Source of the DNA: Octopus vulgaris
Taxonomy: Eukaryota
Assembly (NCBI GenBank): GCA_951406725.2
Contig: OX597831.1
Location: forward strand, 66,402,001-66,466,000
DNA length: 64,000 bases
Direction: 5' to 3'
Shown: piece by piece, positions 13,025 to 25,910 of the stretch
Numbering within the stretch: the stretch's first letter is position 1
Layout: every line of letters begins with the position of its first letter
Made by a program: the position numbers and the translations under genes
The notes under the pieces: model-generated
What the model saw: only the letters and a program-made list of their open reading frames with translations
The model's database searches: none
What the model was told of the DNA's origin: nothing

Positions 13025-13067
<43 letters not shown>

Positions 13068-13222
13068 AACATTCTAAATTTGATATATGTATGCTAATTT
13101 ATACTTATGACTTATAATTTTTAATTTTTTTTATTCTTAATTTTGTAAAGTATATTTTCTTAATTTTTAATTTAGCACTTAATTATGATGATTTAAAATA
13201 GCTGAACAATATTATGAAAAAT

Positions 13223-13304
13223 GAACCTGAAGATGTGTTGGTAGAATTATAAATATGATCATTATAAATATTCTGATCTTCCAATACAGAAACATGTGTA
13301 GTTT
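13223..13304 (+). ncRNA. Minimal type-I hammerhead ribozyme motif
   Basis: gaac-CTGAAGA-tgtgttgg..ccaataca-GAAAC-atgt-GTA-gttt; predicted cut after 13300. Confidence 0.75.
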
Positions 13305-14087
13305 CTTTCTAATTATATTTTTGACTTAAGTGAGGACTAATTAAGGTAGTATATTTTATACCCTGCTATTGTACTGGTTTTATCTTCAATTATTATTTCT
13401 TAATGAGCATATAAATACCACGAATTTTCCATCATAAATACTTGTTATATTCTTTTTGGATTATCTGAAATGGAATACCCACAAATCTATTGATTGAAAT
13501 ACCAATAACTGAACTAGGTATGTACGTATGTATGAATGTATGCATGTAGGCATGTATATATGTGAGATAACAGTTTCACTTTAATTGTTTCAGTATTAAT
13601 AGTGAAACTATTAAACTGAAAGTATGTCACAGTACAATAGGTAGATGTTATTGTTTCACTTTTGACACGTAATACTGAAATAGTATAAGAGATAACAGAT
13701 TGCTCTGGGCTCATATTAGGCAAGAAGCTGAAAATTGTTTTGGCCCATGACACTGCATGGGCCTAGAAGGCAAAACATAACATTTAAGCACATGCAAGCG
13801 GGACGTGGCCAAATAAAGTCATACAGAAGTATAAGTAAACATGTATGTATTTTGATATATTTGCACCTTTGTACACATGTCACTGATTATAATCTGTGTC
13901 TGCAGATTATACTTACTTCCCAGTTGATTAATGTAAGTAGAGTATGATTGAATAGAGTAGAGAGTATCCTATGTTGCACAGAGGATGTAACAAGTTGAGG
14001 TGAGGAAAGAAACGTTTTAAAGTTACCTACAGGTTTATTTTTATTTATTGTAAAAACAAATGTACACTTACACGTTTTAAATTCATA

Positions 14088-14451
14088 CTAGTACTATGAC
14101 CCGGCATTGCCGGGTCATAGTGCTAGTGCATGCATATACAGCTGCGTGCGTGCGCACATACACGCGAGTACTGTCCAAATCTCCAACCAATCACATACAG
14201 CTAGCTGGCATTCAATTGGCGTATCAAGTTTCGGGCATTTTGATTGGGTTTTGGATAGAAAATTCACAAAAATGTCACTTCTATTGACTTTTTAATGGCT
14301 CTGCAGGGTGACTAGGGAAATGTAAAGATGTGCATGACCACCCTTGGACGGTTTTGAATGACCATAAAAAGTGCGAGCCCTGTAACTGAAAAATTGAGGA
14401 TTTGTATAAAGGACACACACACAGACATTTTGCCATTTATATATATAAAGA
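14088..14451 (-). mobile_element. Non-autonomous Helitron
   Basis: Minus strand starts TC and ends CTAG, subterminal hairpin gacccggcattgccgggtc, inserted between A and T, no TSD. Confidence 0.8.
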
Positions 14452-14944
14452 TTACCATAAACAAAGAAAAAGTATGGTATCAGTGTGACTGCAATGATGC
14501 ACTCCTACATTTCAGGGTGACACTCTGTATACATAGGAATGCCATTTCCATAGTTCCTTTGAGCAGGAGTGTGTAATCTGCTGCTGTGATCCACCATATT
14601 AAGTTATATGTAGGAATACTGATGCAACATTATTACAGCTTGATATTTGTGGACGAGTTGTATAACATTTGCAATTGTAATGTAGTTGCCATAAACAAGA
14701 GTAAACTCACTGCAAAGATGTAAAATCAATTTTAATTAAAAGTTTGGATTAGCCATTGATCAGACTGTGACTATCAGTTTTAACTTTCATTCTATAAATA
14801 TCATATCAAAATATTAAAATAATAATGAAGACTCTTTCGTCATCATTATCTCAGCATTTAAAATACTCCTACAAAAAAATACAGGAAGATGAGTGAGGGC
14901 CAGGAAAACTTGTAAAAATTCAAGTCTCTTATGATGTGAATCTC

Positions 14945-15275
14945 AATAATAATAATAATGATAATGATAATAATGAAATTATTGTATACAGTGCTCAGGT
15001 GCACCACAACTTGTCAAAAAGTGCATATAAAGTATAAGAAGTAATGTACAAATGTCTGGGAAGTAAACAGTGTATGAGTCAGATACATGCTTGAGTGTGT
15101 ATGGAGGGGAGAAAATCAGGTGTAGTGTTGGCGAATCTCAGGAAGCATGGAAGTTTTGAAGGATGCAGTGCTCTGACAACTAACAAATGATGCCAGCAGT
15201 CTGTTCCATGCTTCAGCAACTCTTAGCGTGAAAAAATGTTTCCTAAAGTCATGGGAGCTGTGCTGTTTTCTGACT
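14945..15275 (-). mobile_element. CR1-type LINE 3' end
   Basis: Minus translation RKHFFTLRVAEAWNRL..SFK matches the CR1 ORF2 C-terminal pattern; (ATT)n-like tail. Confidence 0.75.
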
Positions 15276-15567
15276 AATGGTTTTGATCATATTTTACATA
15301 TTTTTAGAAGTTGAGCTCTGGCCCTTTGGTACTTGCATATTAGGGCTAAAATTGTTTTGTAATTGGCTTTCTTACTTTATTAATTTATTTGTTTGTTGTT
15401 ATTGTTTTTTGTATTTCTTTCAGTTATAATTTGGTATTGAAAGCAGATACACACAGCAACAGAGAGAGTGAGAGAGAAAGAATCATAAAATTGAAAAATG
15501 ATGGTTAAAATGGAATTATCTCCCTTTACATGATTATTACTAGATGGTGGAAAAATATTAATGGCAG

Positions 15568-15785
15568 TGAAGGCAGCGAGCTGGCAGAACAGTTAGCACA
15601 CCGGGCGAAATGCGTAGCCGTATTTCGTCTGCCGTTACGTTCTGAGTTCAAATTCCGCTGAGGTCGACTTTGCCTTTCATCCTTTCGGGGTCGATAAATT
15701 AAGTACCAGTTACGCACTGGGGTTGTTTGTCTATTCTTGTTTGTCCCCTCTATGTTTAGCCCCTTCTGGGTAATAAAGAAACAGA
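15568..15785 (+). mobile_element. SINE (gctggcagaa head; ctttcatcctttcggggtcgataaa body)
   Basis: B-box-like gagttcaaattcc; other copies at 45110-45310 and 46822-47038. Confidence 0.82.
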
Positions 15786-15894
15786 TATTAATGTTTATTG
15801 CTTGGGGGAGACACACACACACACACAACAGATATGTTTTTTATCATTTTTTTTTTAAAATGCAAAACAATGTAAGTCATAAGAATAATACAGG

Positions 15895-16050
15895 TTGATA
15901 GTTTTACCAAGTATTTCAATATTTCAGAGTTACAACTGCTTACTCAGGAAATCTATGGAGAAAATCAGCAAATAACAAATTTTTTCCAAAGATTTACTGA
16001 GGAAGGGGTCCTAACTCTGAAATGTTAAAATATCATGTAAAACTATCAGC
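15895..16050. repeat. Inverted repeat with two degenerate hammerhead motifs next to a PLE remnant
   Basis: Plus: CTGAGGA-a-gggg..ctct-GAAATGTT at 15997-16026; the minus arm carries the mirrored, mutated motif. Confidence 0.55.
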
Positions 16051-16956
16051 TTAAATTATTTTAATAACTTAACATTGTTTTGGCTTAAGCAAAATATAAC
16101 CCAAAACATTTATATAAAAGCACCCACTACATTCTCAGAGTGGTTGGCATTAGGAAGGGCATCCAGCTGTAGAAACTCTGCCAGATCAAGATTGGAGCTT
16201 GGTGCAGCTATCTGGTTCGCCAGCCCTCAGTCAAAATCGTCCAACCCATGCTAGCATGGAAAGCAGACGTTAAACAATGATGATGACGATCATGATGAAA
16301 CTATGAGTAAAGAAAAATGTAACCCAAAACATTTATATATAGAAACTATGACCAATTAAAAAAGGACTAAAGAAAAACAGAGAGAAATGACTGGTAGAAC
16401 TAAATACATACTTTCAAAAACAGAAATATACCAAAAACCTAATAAATCACCTCAATAATTTTCAGATACAAACAAGTAACTTTTATGGACTTCCAAAAGT
16501 TCATAAATCTGAAATAACAGCTTAAAGGACCTCCATACACCATAGGTGAAGATTTCCAAACCATCTGATCTTAAATTATGTTCAATTGTTGCAGTGCCAA
16601 CATCTAGCACTCAACAATTAAGCGATTTGCTTGATATAATCATGAAACCTTTGTGCAAATTGGTCCCAAGTTTTAACAGATGAAACATGGACTTCCTACA
16701 TGAAGGTTCTGACATAATCAGACTCTACATAAATATATCCCATCGATAATGATTATAAGGATAAGAAGCAGTAGAACTCTTGGATAGACAAATGCCCACA
16801 AGGAATTCAGCAGAGATTTCCCAAAAGAGTTGAAGGATTGCAGTTGGTACTGGAAAACAGCTACTACTTCTTTGATAACCAATATAACCTACAAATACAA
16901 GGTATGGCAAAGTGACAAAAGTTGCACTGGAGTTTGCAACATGAGTTTGCAACATA

Positions 16957-17131
16957 GGTGCAGGAGTGGCTGTGTGGTAAGTAGCTTGCTAACCAACCAC
17001 ATGGTTCTGGGTTCAGGCCCACTGCGTGGCATCTTGGGCAAGAGTCTTCTTCTATAGCCCCGGGCTGACCAATGCCTTGTGAGTGGAGTTGGTAGACGGA
17101 AACTGAAAGAAGCCTGTTGTATATATGTATG

Positions 17132-17175
<44 letters not shown>

Positions 17176-17385
17176 AGTTTGTGTTTGTCCCCCTAGCATT
17201 GCTTGACAACCGATGCTGGTGTGTTTACGTCCCCGTAACTTAGTGGTTCGGCAAAAGAGACCGATAGAATAAGTACTGGGCTTACAAAGAATAAGTCCTG
17301 GGGTTGATTTGCTCGACTAAAGGCGGTGCTCCAGCATGGTAGCAGTCAAATGACTGAAACAAGTAAAAGAGAGAAAAGAAAGAGA
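16957..17385 (+). mobile_element. Full-length tRNA-derived SINE
   Basis: Head gcaggagtggctgtgtggtaag..ggttcaggccc, internal (TA)n, tail gaaacaagtaaaagag. Confidence 0.88.
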
Positions 17386-18406
17386 GAGAATGAGTAATGG
17401 GATTCCTGAAAGAAAACAAATCTATACCTTGTCTGGAATTACTTTTGTTAACAATTCTAATCTTACTTAACAGAGAACTGAAAAAGATTCTTAGATAGCT
17501 GCTTTATATTTTGGAACAAAATTCAGGAGAACTTTCCAAGATTTAAATTAATAAATGGCATTCATGAATTGATTCAGTTCACTGTGGAAGTGAATGAAAG
17601 GAATCTTTCTTTTCCAGGACAGACTGATAATTAACGAAAATGAGACAATTACAACTGATCTCTACTGCAAGGACACAAACATACACCATTGGCACCTTTC
17701 TCACACAAAAAGGAACATAACATTCAGTATGACCATAAGTTTATGCTCAATAGTTACAAACACAATTGGAGAAGGGGTCCTAATTCTGAAATGCTGAAAT
17801 ATCATGTAAAACTATCAACTTATATTATTTTAATAACTTACATTGTTTTGGCTTAAGAAAAATATAATCCAAAACATTTATATGTAGAAACGATGAGTAA
17901 ATGGACCAATTTAAAAAGGACTAAAGAAAAACAGAGAAATGACTGGTAGAACTAAATACATACCTTCAAAAACAGAAATATGCCAAATATAACCAAAGCA
18001 AAAGAAATTCCAGTCTCTCTGCTTTACGGAGAAACAATCATACCGAGGGTGAAAACAAAATACAAGTATAAATATTCTATTGTAGTCACCCATAATCCTA
18101 AGAACCACATTCTACATTTAGCCAAATGATACCTTCCAATTCTACACCAGTCATCAACTCCCTGACAAATAATTAAAAAAATCACAAACCATCAACAGCC
18201 AAAGAGAACCACCAAATCTCAACAGACTCCTAAGAAAAATGAGATTCACATTGGAGGAAGAAATAACACAGGTAATAAACTGTAAAGACTCTTGTTGGGG
18301 GACATGTGAAATAACTACACAAGGAACAACTAAAAGATACAAGAATTGGGAAGGAAATAAAAGTGAATGCAAACATGAACTGAAAAACAAAAAGTTTCAT
18401 TTACAG

Positions 18407-18720
18407 CATCATCATCATCATTGTTTAACATCCGCTTTCCATGCTAGTATGGGTTGGATGATTTTGACTGAGGGCTGACGAGCCAGATGGCTGCACCAGG
18501 CTCCAGTCTTGATCTGGCAGAGTTTCTACAGTTGGATGCCCTTCCTAACACCAACCACTCCGAGAGTGTAGTGGGTGCTTTTTACGTGCCACCGGCATGG
18601 GGGCCAGTCAGGTAGTATGGGCAATGACCTCGCTCAAATCTTTTTACAGGTGCCACCGGCACAGGTGCCAGTGAAGCGACATTGGTAACGATCACGCTCG
18701 AATGGTGCCCTTGTACGTGC
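18407..18720 (-). mobile_element. RTE 3' UTR fragment
   Basis: (CAT)n followed by the reverse complement of the terminal and tandem modules. Confidence 0.85.
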
Positions 18721-19399
18721 CATATGCCCATAATGCAATAAGAATTACATTGAAGAAACAGGAACAAAACTACATAATCATGTGAATGTACAGAAACAAT
18801 AAATTAATGATTCACCTCTAAGAAATGTTCTATGCAGTAAAAAATCTAGACATTTGTACAAATGGAGAATTCAAAATATTCTCCTTTTACAAAATATAAG
18901 ACGAAAATTATCAACTATGAAAAGCAAAAGAAGAATATTTTATAAGAATTCTAAATCTGAAACTAAACCAGAAATAGTCAAGGTTACTAAAAAAAAAACT
19001 TCTCTATATGGATTGGTCCATATAAAAAACAAAGGTTTGTGATATTCTGATTTTTTAATTTTTCAAAATAGTTAATAACTTAAAAACAATCTTTCTTGTG
19101 ACTTTATCACTTAGTTTTTGCTAAAGCTTTTAAACATATATGATGTATATACCTTTATATGCTGTATTATGTTGTAGATAGACATGATGAGGTGATTGGT
19201 GGTATTTTCTTTCCATATTGAATGGACTTATATCACCTTCATAAAGCTTTCATAATTTTTGCATGTATGATTCGGTATGTTGTTTGCTGTAACAATTCCA
19301 CCAGCTACCATAACGATCATGACTAATTAATAAACGTGATATCACCATTATTTCTTTCATTATTGAGAATTTTATTTTAGGAACAATAAGCACAAGAGC

Positions 19400-21340
19400 A
19401 CATGGGACGTAGTCTCTCTCAAATGCCCAAGAGGCTCTCTTGAGGTTGTAGATAGTTTCTGTTACCTAGGTGACCACATTAGCATTGGTGGAGGATACTC
19501 TGAAAGCATTGTTTCTAGAATAAGAATAGGATGGAGGAAGTTCAGAGAGCTATTACCTCTGTTGGCAACAAAAGGACTCTCTCTCAGAGTGAATGGTAGA
19601 TTGTATGATGCTTGTGTATGAACGGTTATACTCCATGGTAGTGAGACATGTTCTCTGAATGCAGAAGACATGCGTAGACTGGAGAGAAATGAAGGCAGTA
19701 TCTCTGTTGGATGTGCAACATCAGTGTGCATGTACGGCAAAGTGCAAATGTATTGAGAGAAAAGTTGGGCATAAGAGGAATCAAGTGTAGCATGCAAGAG
19801 AGAAGACTACATTGGTTTGGACATGTGATGCGTATGAATGAAGACAGCTACATAAAGAAGTGCCCATTACTGAAAGTGGATGGTCCTGCAGAAGAGGGAG
19901 ACCCAAGAAGACATGGGATGAAGTGATGAGGACTGATCCTAGGATGTTGGAGCTCACAGAGGAAATGACAATGGACTGAGATGTCTGGCAATTTGAGGTT
20001 CTTGAGAAGACACCCTGCCCACACACACATCAGCAAAACTGAGTTCTAGAAGCATTGTGTGTTCCACAAATACTTGTGTTCCACCCATACATAATAAGAA
20101 AACTTTTCACACACCCTACCCCAATAAACCAAACTACATCTCTTCTTTTCCTCACATCTCTTCTTTCACATACTATGCTAACCTCTCACCCCCAAATCCT
20201 GTCATCATGGACCTGTTCACAGTATCATTTTTATCTGGAAGCCCACCACCCCCTTTGTATACCCCCTCTGCATTCCCCTCTTCTACTCTCTACTCATGCT
20301 TCTTTAGCAATGTCCTTCCACTCATATTATTACCTCTGTCTATCACTCGCTTCTTTTACTCCACCATCCCATTTATATTCTTATCCCCGTCCCTTGTGAG
20401 TATGCCCAGCACTCTGCCACCATCTCTCTCCTGCTCTCTTGCAGTCTCCCACTCTCTTTCTTCTCTTACTCTTCCCTCAGGTTGGGTAACCATGTATCTC
20501 TTTTACAGCAGCACACCTGTTCTGCCAAGGCTGGAGAAGAAATGCCTGTCGCAAAGTGTGTTTCGTAAAAGATGGAAGTATATAGCAAGTATGTTGCGAG
20601 TGAAAGAACCTGTTTAATCAAGAATGTAAAAAAAGGAGAAATCAAAGTCTTCAGTGTGAGTATGTGGTTTGTGGGGTCAACCGCGTCCTCCGCTTCATTT
20701 ATTGTTAATCACTCATTCTCATTTAATTGTATATATTTTAATTGTTTGTTCATTCATACGTTTCGTCTCATTCGATGCCCTGACCCCAACGTTTGTTTTG
20801 TCTGTCCCCGTATTGTCCCCTCTTTTTCTCAACCTTATGGTGAATAAAGAAATACTCTCTCTCTCTCTCTCTTTCTCCCTCTTACTCTCTGGCTGGGTGA
20901 CTATGTACCTCCTCTACAGCAAGACACCTGTTTCTGTCTGTCTCACCATAACCTTTCATCATCTGATACAAATCACCTCTTTCAACGCCCTCTTCCCTCT
21001 CAGAGGATCTTTGTTTTGCAAGTTACTTGGAGGCCTTGCCAATGCTAATGCCATGCAAAAAGCATCCATTTCACACTCTAACATGGTTGGCATTTGTAAA
21101 GGCATCCAGCTGTAAAAATTTTGCCAAAACTGACCTCGCCTGTGCTTGTGCCACAAAAGCACTCAGTTCATTCTGCTGGGTGGGTGGGTAGTTGGTGTTA
21201 GGAAGGGCATCCAGTCATAAAAACCCTGCCAAAACAGACACAGACGTCAGGTGCAGGCTCCTGCCTGGCCAGCTCCTGTCAAATTGTCCAACCCAGGCCA
21301 GCATGGAAGGCAGACATTAAACGATGACGATAATGATGAA
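19400..21340 (+). mobile_element. Old 5'-truncated RTE (ORF end + long 3' UTR)
   Basis: REKLGIRGIKCSMQERRLHWFGHVMRM matches the intact ORF C-terminus; ends in the terminal module + gatgacgataatgatg. Confidence 0.87.
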
Positions 21341-21909
21341 TATATAATGGATGAGCTATTCTTATAACTGATACATTTCCTAGATTTTCAGTTTGTAGTG
21401 GAAACAGCTGTCAGCTAATGAAGTTCATAAGATAATCATTTATTCCTTTGTCATTTCTTTTTATTAAGTAAATATAAATGATTTTGTAAAATTACAAAAT
21501 ATTACATGCAATCCATGTACATTTTATCAGGCCAGATTTATGAGAGAGAGAGAGAGAGAATGAGTGTGTGTGTGTGTGCACGCGTTAATAGGTAAGTAGG
21601 CCTATTTAAGTGAATTCAAGTAGGCCTATTTAAGTGAATGTTTACATTTGTGCTTCCTAAAGTTCACCAGCTACAAACTCACTCATTTTGTTGTCATTAC
21701 CCCTGTTGACAATTGCTAACAGGCTTTGTACCTTTGAAGACGAGTGAAACAAGAGATTTATGACTAAAGAAAACAGGTGTTGAAAGATATTTAATAGGCA
21801 CACGGTCAAATTCACATATTCACACCACTCTAACATAAAGGCTTATACTAATAAACAACTGATGATTGAGACCTGTCCTGGATGCATATGAAGATCTTAT
21901 GCAAATCTA

Positions 21910-22300
21910 AATGTTCTCTATAGCAGGCATGTGACACAGTCTCCGTTGTTTATGAAGTACAGACATCAACAAACTATGACAACAGCTGGACAGAGAGCAA
22001 GTGTTATACTGCATCTGTGGAAGGAAAATTCAAATCCAGATACAACAATCATCTTTCAAATTTTAGACACCTCAAGAAGAGACATGCAACAACCCAGTCA
22101 GCATTAATCTGGAAACTTAAAGACGAGGATGTCAGCCACATTAAATGGAAGATCCTTCATAAGACCAAACTACATATTGATGGGTCAAATGCTTCATATG
22201 CTCACTTGAGAAACTGCATCTCTTTAAAAACTTAAGAACCTCCAGTGACTGTGTAAATACCAAGAGTGAGATGTTTTCTTTATGTCGTCTTGTGGTTTTA
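21910..22300 (+). mobile_element. PLE GIY-YIG endonuclease remnant
   Basis: FKSRYNNHLSNFRH..ALIWKLK..IKWKIL, the same endonuclease type as at 57880-58200. Confidence 0.72.
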
Positions 22301-23208
22301 CCAGCTTGATAAATAGCAAAATAAAAATTTCAGTGAGGAAACCCTGGGGAGCTGTAGTTCACAAAGCTTTTTGCAGTTTTTATCATAATCTATACATACA
22401 CATATATGTCTGGTATACACAATTAAAGTAGCATAAAATTAAAATAGCCATACATGTATCATACTTAATGTATACACACTGTCTACAAGTCTACTACTAT
22501 AATATTTGTCCTGAGATAACAACTCTTATGGACTAACTGTGTTAAAAAGCAAAATAACTATTAGAGAGAGACACAAAAATTCAACCTAGTAGTGGCCAAC
22601 GAAAGTACTACACATATTTCAGTTGTTTTGGGTCACTCCAATGGTGCATACTTGTAGCTAGCCACATGCTCAAAGTAAAATTCATTGTCTCTGATATAGG
22701 AAAGAGTGAATAAAAGATTCACTAGTGTTATGAATAGCTGCCCAGTTGAATTAAAAATCTAGTATATGCAACTGAAGCAGTATTTAATTGAAATAGCCAT
22801 CTATGTATCATGCTTAATGTATGTACACTTTTGATAGGCCAGTTACTGTAGTACTTATCCCGAGATAACATCTGTTAAATGACATCTGAGGGTTCGGCAA
22901 TTTCTTGCTGAACAACCACACAGATGATTTCTTTATAGTGATCAAATGTTTGTGTACACATAAGCTCACTCACTCCACCAAATCAACATTACTTGCACAT
23001 GTGCACCATGTCAGATGATGAAATGATTGCAGTGCAATGTGAAATGATGTGCTTTGCTCAAGAATGCCACACAACACCCAGTCTGGCATCCAAACCCACA
23101 ATCTCGCAATCAAATACATATACATATATACATGCCCCAGCATGGCCACAGCTCGTGAGCTGAAACTAGATAAAATAAAATAAAATAAAAAAAATATATA
23201 TATATATA

Positions 23209-23428
23209 TTTCGTTTTGGGATTTGGTTTGCAAGATTCTTTATGTGAGTTCGTGTGTTGAAGCATATTCTGTTGTGTCTGGGGAGAGTCATTCTCTTTTA
23301 GTGCCTTATAATATAACACAACAAAAATTTTAGGAAAATAAAAATAAGAAAAAAAGTGGAAATTTTACCGGTGAGTGTGTTATATTATATAAGGCACAAA
23401 AAGAAAATGACTCTCCCCAGACACAACA

Positions 23429-23430
<2 letters not shown>
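23209..23430. repeat. Fold-back element between (TA)n tracts (copy 1)
   Basis: ctgttgtgtctggggagagtcatt..aatgactctccccagacacaacag inverted arms. Confidence 0.8.
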
Positions 23431-23492
<62 letters not shown>

Positions 23493-23493
23493 A

Positions 23494-23685
23494 GGGAAAG
23501 TTTACGAAAATAAACAAAAGACGAAGGCAGGTGGAGTACAAAAAAACAAATGTATTAGTATAGCGCTCAGGAATAGAAAAAGTCTTTTACATTTCGAGCC
23601 TATGCTCTTCGACAGAAAGATACACAGAAAAAAACAAGGAGAGAAAAAAATGCGTGTAGGAGCTAACGATCTATCATGACGTCCT
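23494..23685 (-). mobile_element. About 190-bp (TA)n-associated element with hammerhead-like motif (copy 2)
   Basis: Homologous to 12836-13024 and 43469-43658. Confidence 0.8.
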
Positions 23686-24133
23686 GATATATAATAATTA
23701 TGGGTACTAACAGGCAGTACTGGCATGCTGACATAGCAGTCAAAACGATCAAACCACAAGTTTTCACTTAAACACAACAATGAAAGTGGACAAATGAATA
23801 AAGACCCTAAGACCATGTACCAATGACGAAAATAATTAAAAATTGAAAAAGTCAGGCATGCATATCTATATTTTCAATGGAATCTGCATCAGAATGTTTT
23901 TAAGATAAAAGCAATTAACCATAACTAGAAACTCAATATAAAAACAATAGCCATTATTAATCATTTTCCATCTATTTTCTTTGTTCTATCTTTTTGGTTT
24001 TTAGACTTTAAATTGTTGAGGAAGTTCTGCAGTCAGTCACAAAGAGACTTGGGAATAATTTCATTACTGATTAAATCTTCAATGCTAGATTCTAAAATGT
24101 TATACTGGTAAATTTTGGTAGAGTTCATATGAT

Positions 24134-24164
<31 letters not shown>

Positions 24165-24223
24165 ATGATGATGATGATGATGATATATATATATATATAT
24201 ATTAAAGTATATTTATTAAAGTG

Positions 24224-24560
24224 AAGGCGCGTGGCTCAGTGGTTAGAGCGTCGAACTTACGATCGTGAGGTTGTGAGCTCGAATCCCGGACCGGGCTGCG
24301 TGTTGTGTTCTTGAGCAAGACACTTTATTTCACGTTGCTCCAGTTCACTCAGCTGTAGAAATGAGTTGCGACGTCACGGGTGCCAAGCTGTATCGGCCCT
24401 TGCCTTTCCCTTGGACAACATCGGTGGCGTGGAGAGGGGAGGCCGGTATGCATGGGCGACTGCTGGTCTTCCATGAAACAACCTTGCCCAGACTTGTGCC
24501 TCAGAGAGTAACTCTCTAGGTGCAAACCCATGGTCAGTGTCTGACCGAAGGGGGTCACCT
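24224..24560 (+). mobile_element. tRNA-derived SINE with CORE-like body, inserted in a hammerhead-bearing repeat
   Basis: A box tggctcagtgg, B-box-like gagctcgaatccc, ttgagcaagacactt; flanking duplication tatatttattaa. Confidence 0.85.
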
Positions 24561-24607
24561 ATCACCTATATTTATTAATTAATTATTTTATTATTCTAGT
24601 TTATTTT

Positions 24608-24696
24608 TAACCTGATGAGTGGCTATATTTATATCGAAGTGATTTTACTACAACTATAATCATTTCTTAAATATAGCCACGAAACACGTGTCGTTA
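24608..24696 (+). ncRNA. Minimal type-I hammerhead ribozyme motif
   Basis: taac-CTGATGA-gtggctatattta..taaatatagccac-GAAAC-acgt-GTC-gtta; 13-bp helix II base, palindromic helix III; cut after 24692. Confidence 0.88.
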
Positions 24697-24853
24697 TTCT
24701 ACCAATTATATACGTTATTATTATTTTTTTTGCAATTTACTTAATCATTGATATTTTATTGTTATTTTAATTTTAATATTTCTATTATATGTAATTTTCT
24801 AGATGGTGTAATTTAATTGTTCATTTTGAATTGATAAAAGGTGGGTTTTTTTC

Positions 24854-24905
<52 letters not shown>

Positions 24906-25548
24906 GTGTGTGCGCACAGTATCTGTAGGTAAAATTCAGGTGTGTATATTGCAATTAGTAAAGCTTCAATAGTTATTCTTACAACTGTTTGTAGGATGTA
25001 ATATAAAAGAGAGAGAGAAAGAGAGTGTGTGTGTGTTGTACGTGCAAAGTTAGACAGATAGATATAAATATATATATATCCATGTATATATATTTTGTCA
25101 TTCATTTTTCTGAAGAGACAATATACTTTGGACTAGAGTTAGATAGGAAGTGACCTCTCAAGGGCACAAGTCTAGGCTAACTGGTCGGAAATTTTGAGTT
25201 GCTAAATAACATAAGCTTTCTCTCGACCTCAACAGTATTGTCCAAAAGGGTGCAGAGTACCATGTTTGGCACAAGCTTGGCTGTAAAATTTGAGTTCGAC
25301 ACCAGATTGCATTATGGCCTTCACACTGGATTATAAGATTTTCTTTCTAGCATCTTTCTAAATAGTAACAAGGTTATTTTCCCACAGCAAGGGAAATGTC
25401 ACTTTGGACAGGGACCCATGCCAGGTACAGTCAGCTGAATCCTACTAAGCCATAGACTCATATCAAGCAGAGACATCACATCTTCACTAAGATCATTATC
25501 CACTACCCAATGTGTGTTCATGTTTGTCTGTGTATGTGTGTATATATA

Positions 25549-25722
25549 TTTCGTTTTTGGATTTGGTTTGCAAGATTCTTTATGAGTTTGTGTGTTGAAG
25601 CATATTCTATTGTGCCTGGGGAGAGTCATTTTCTTTTTGTGCTTTATTATGTAACACACTTGCCGGTGAGTGTGTTACATAATAAGGCACAAAAGAAAAT
25701 GACTCTCCCCAGACACAATAGA

Positions 25723-25725
<3 letters not shown>
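25549..25725. repeat. Fold-back element between (TA)n tracts (copy 2)
   Basis: Same arms as 23209-23430, centre cacttgccggtgagtg. Confidence 0.8.
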
Positions 25726-25761
<36 letters not shown>

Positions 25762-25910
25762 CAAAGAGAGAAGAGGGAGGGAGAGAGAAAGAGAGAGAGA
25801 GAAGGGAATGGGGGAGTGAGAGAAGGGGAGGGAAAAAGAAAGACAATACTATCAGAAGAGTTTCAAGAGTAGAGAATGTGGTGGTAAAGGGATAGAAACA
25901 GGGTATTTAC

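Larger units (their letters stand above)
12238..13513. repeat. Inverted pair of AT-rich PLE-type terminal repeats (12238-12570 minus, 13063-13513 plus)
   Basis: cagttattgg..aatagatttgtgggtattcc..tggaaaattcgtggtattta is mirrored at 13400-13513; the plus arm holds a hammerhead. Confidence 0.78.
16300..19000 (+). mobile_element. Decayed Penelope-like element (RT + GIY-YIG), interrupted by a SINE and an RTE tail
   Basis: FYGLPKVHKSE at about 16482; TDLYCKDTN..HTKRNI at 17650-17720; C-x2-C..YIEETG..FYK endonuclease remnant at 18725-18900. Confidence 0.8.

Noticed and set aside
21385-21416. Additional hammerhead candidate (ctgatac..gaaacagctgtc)
   Set aside because: Core and helices I/II are too degenerate to support
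24224-24300. Possible tRNA genes (also near 47370-47440 and 16960-17030)
   Set aside because: They continue into SINE bodies, two with TSDs; no convincing complete cloverleaf
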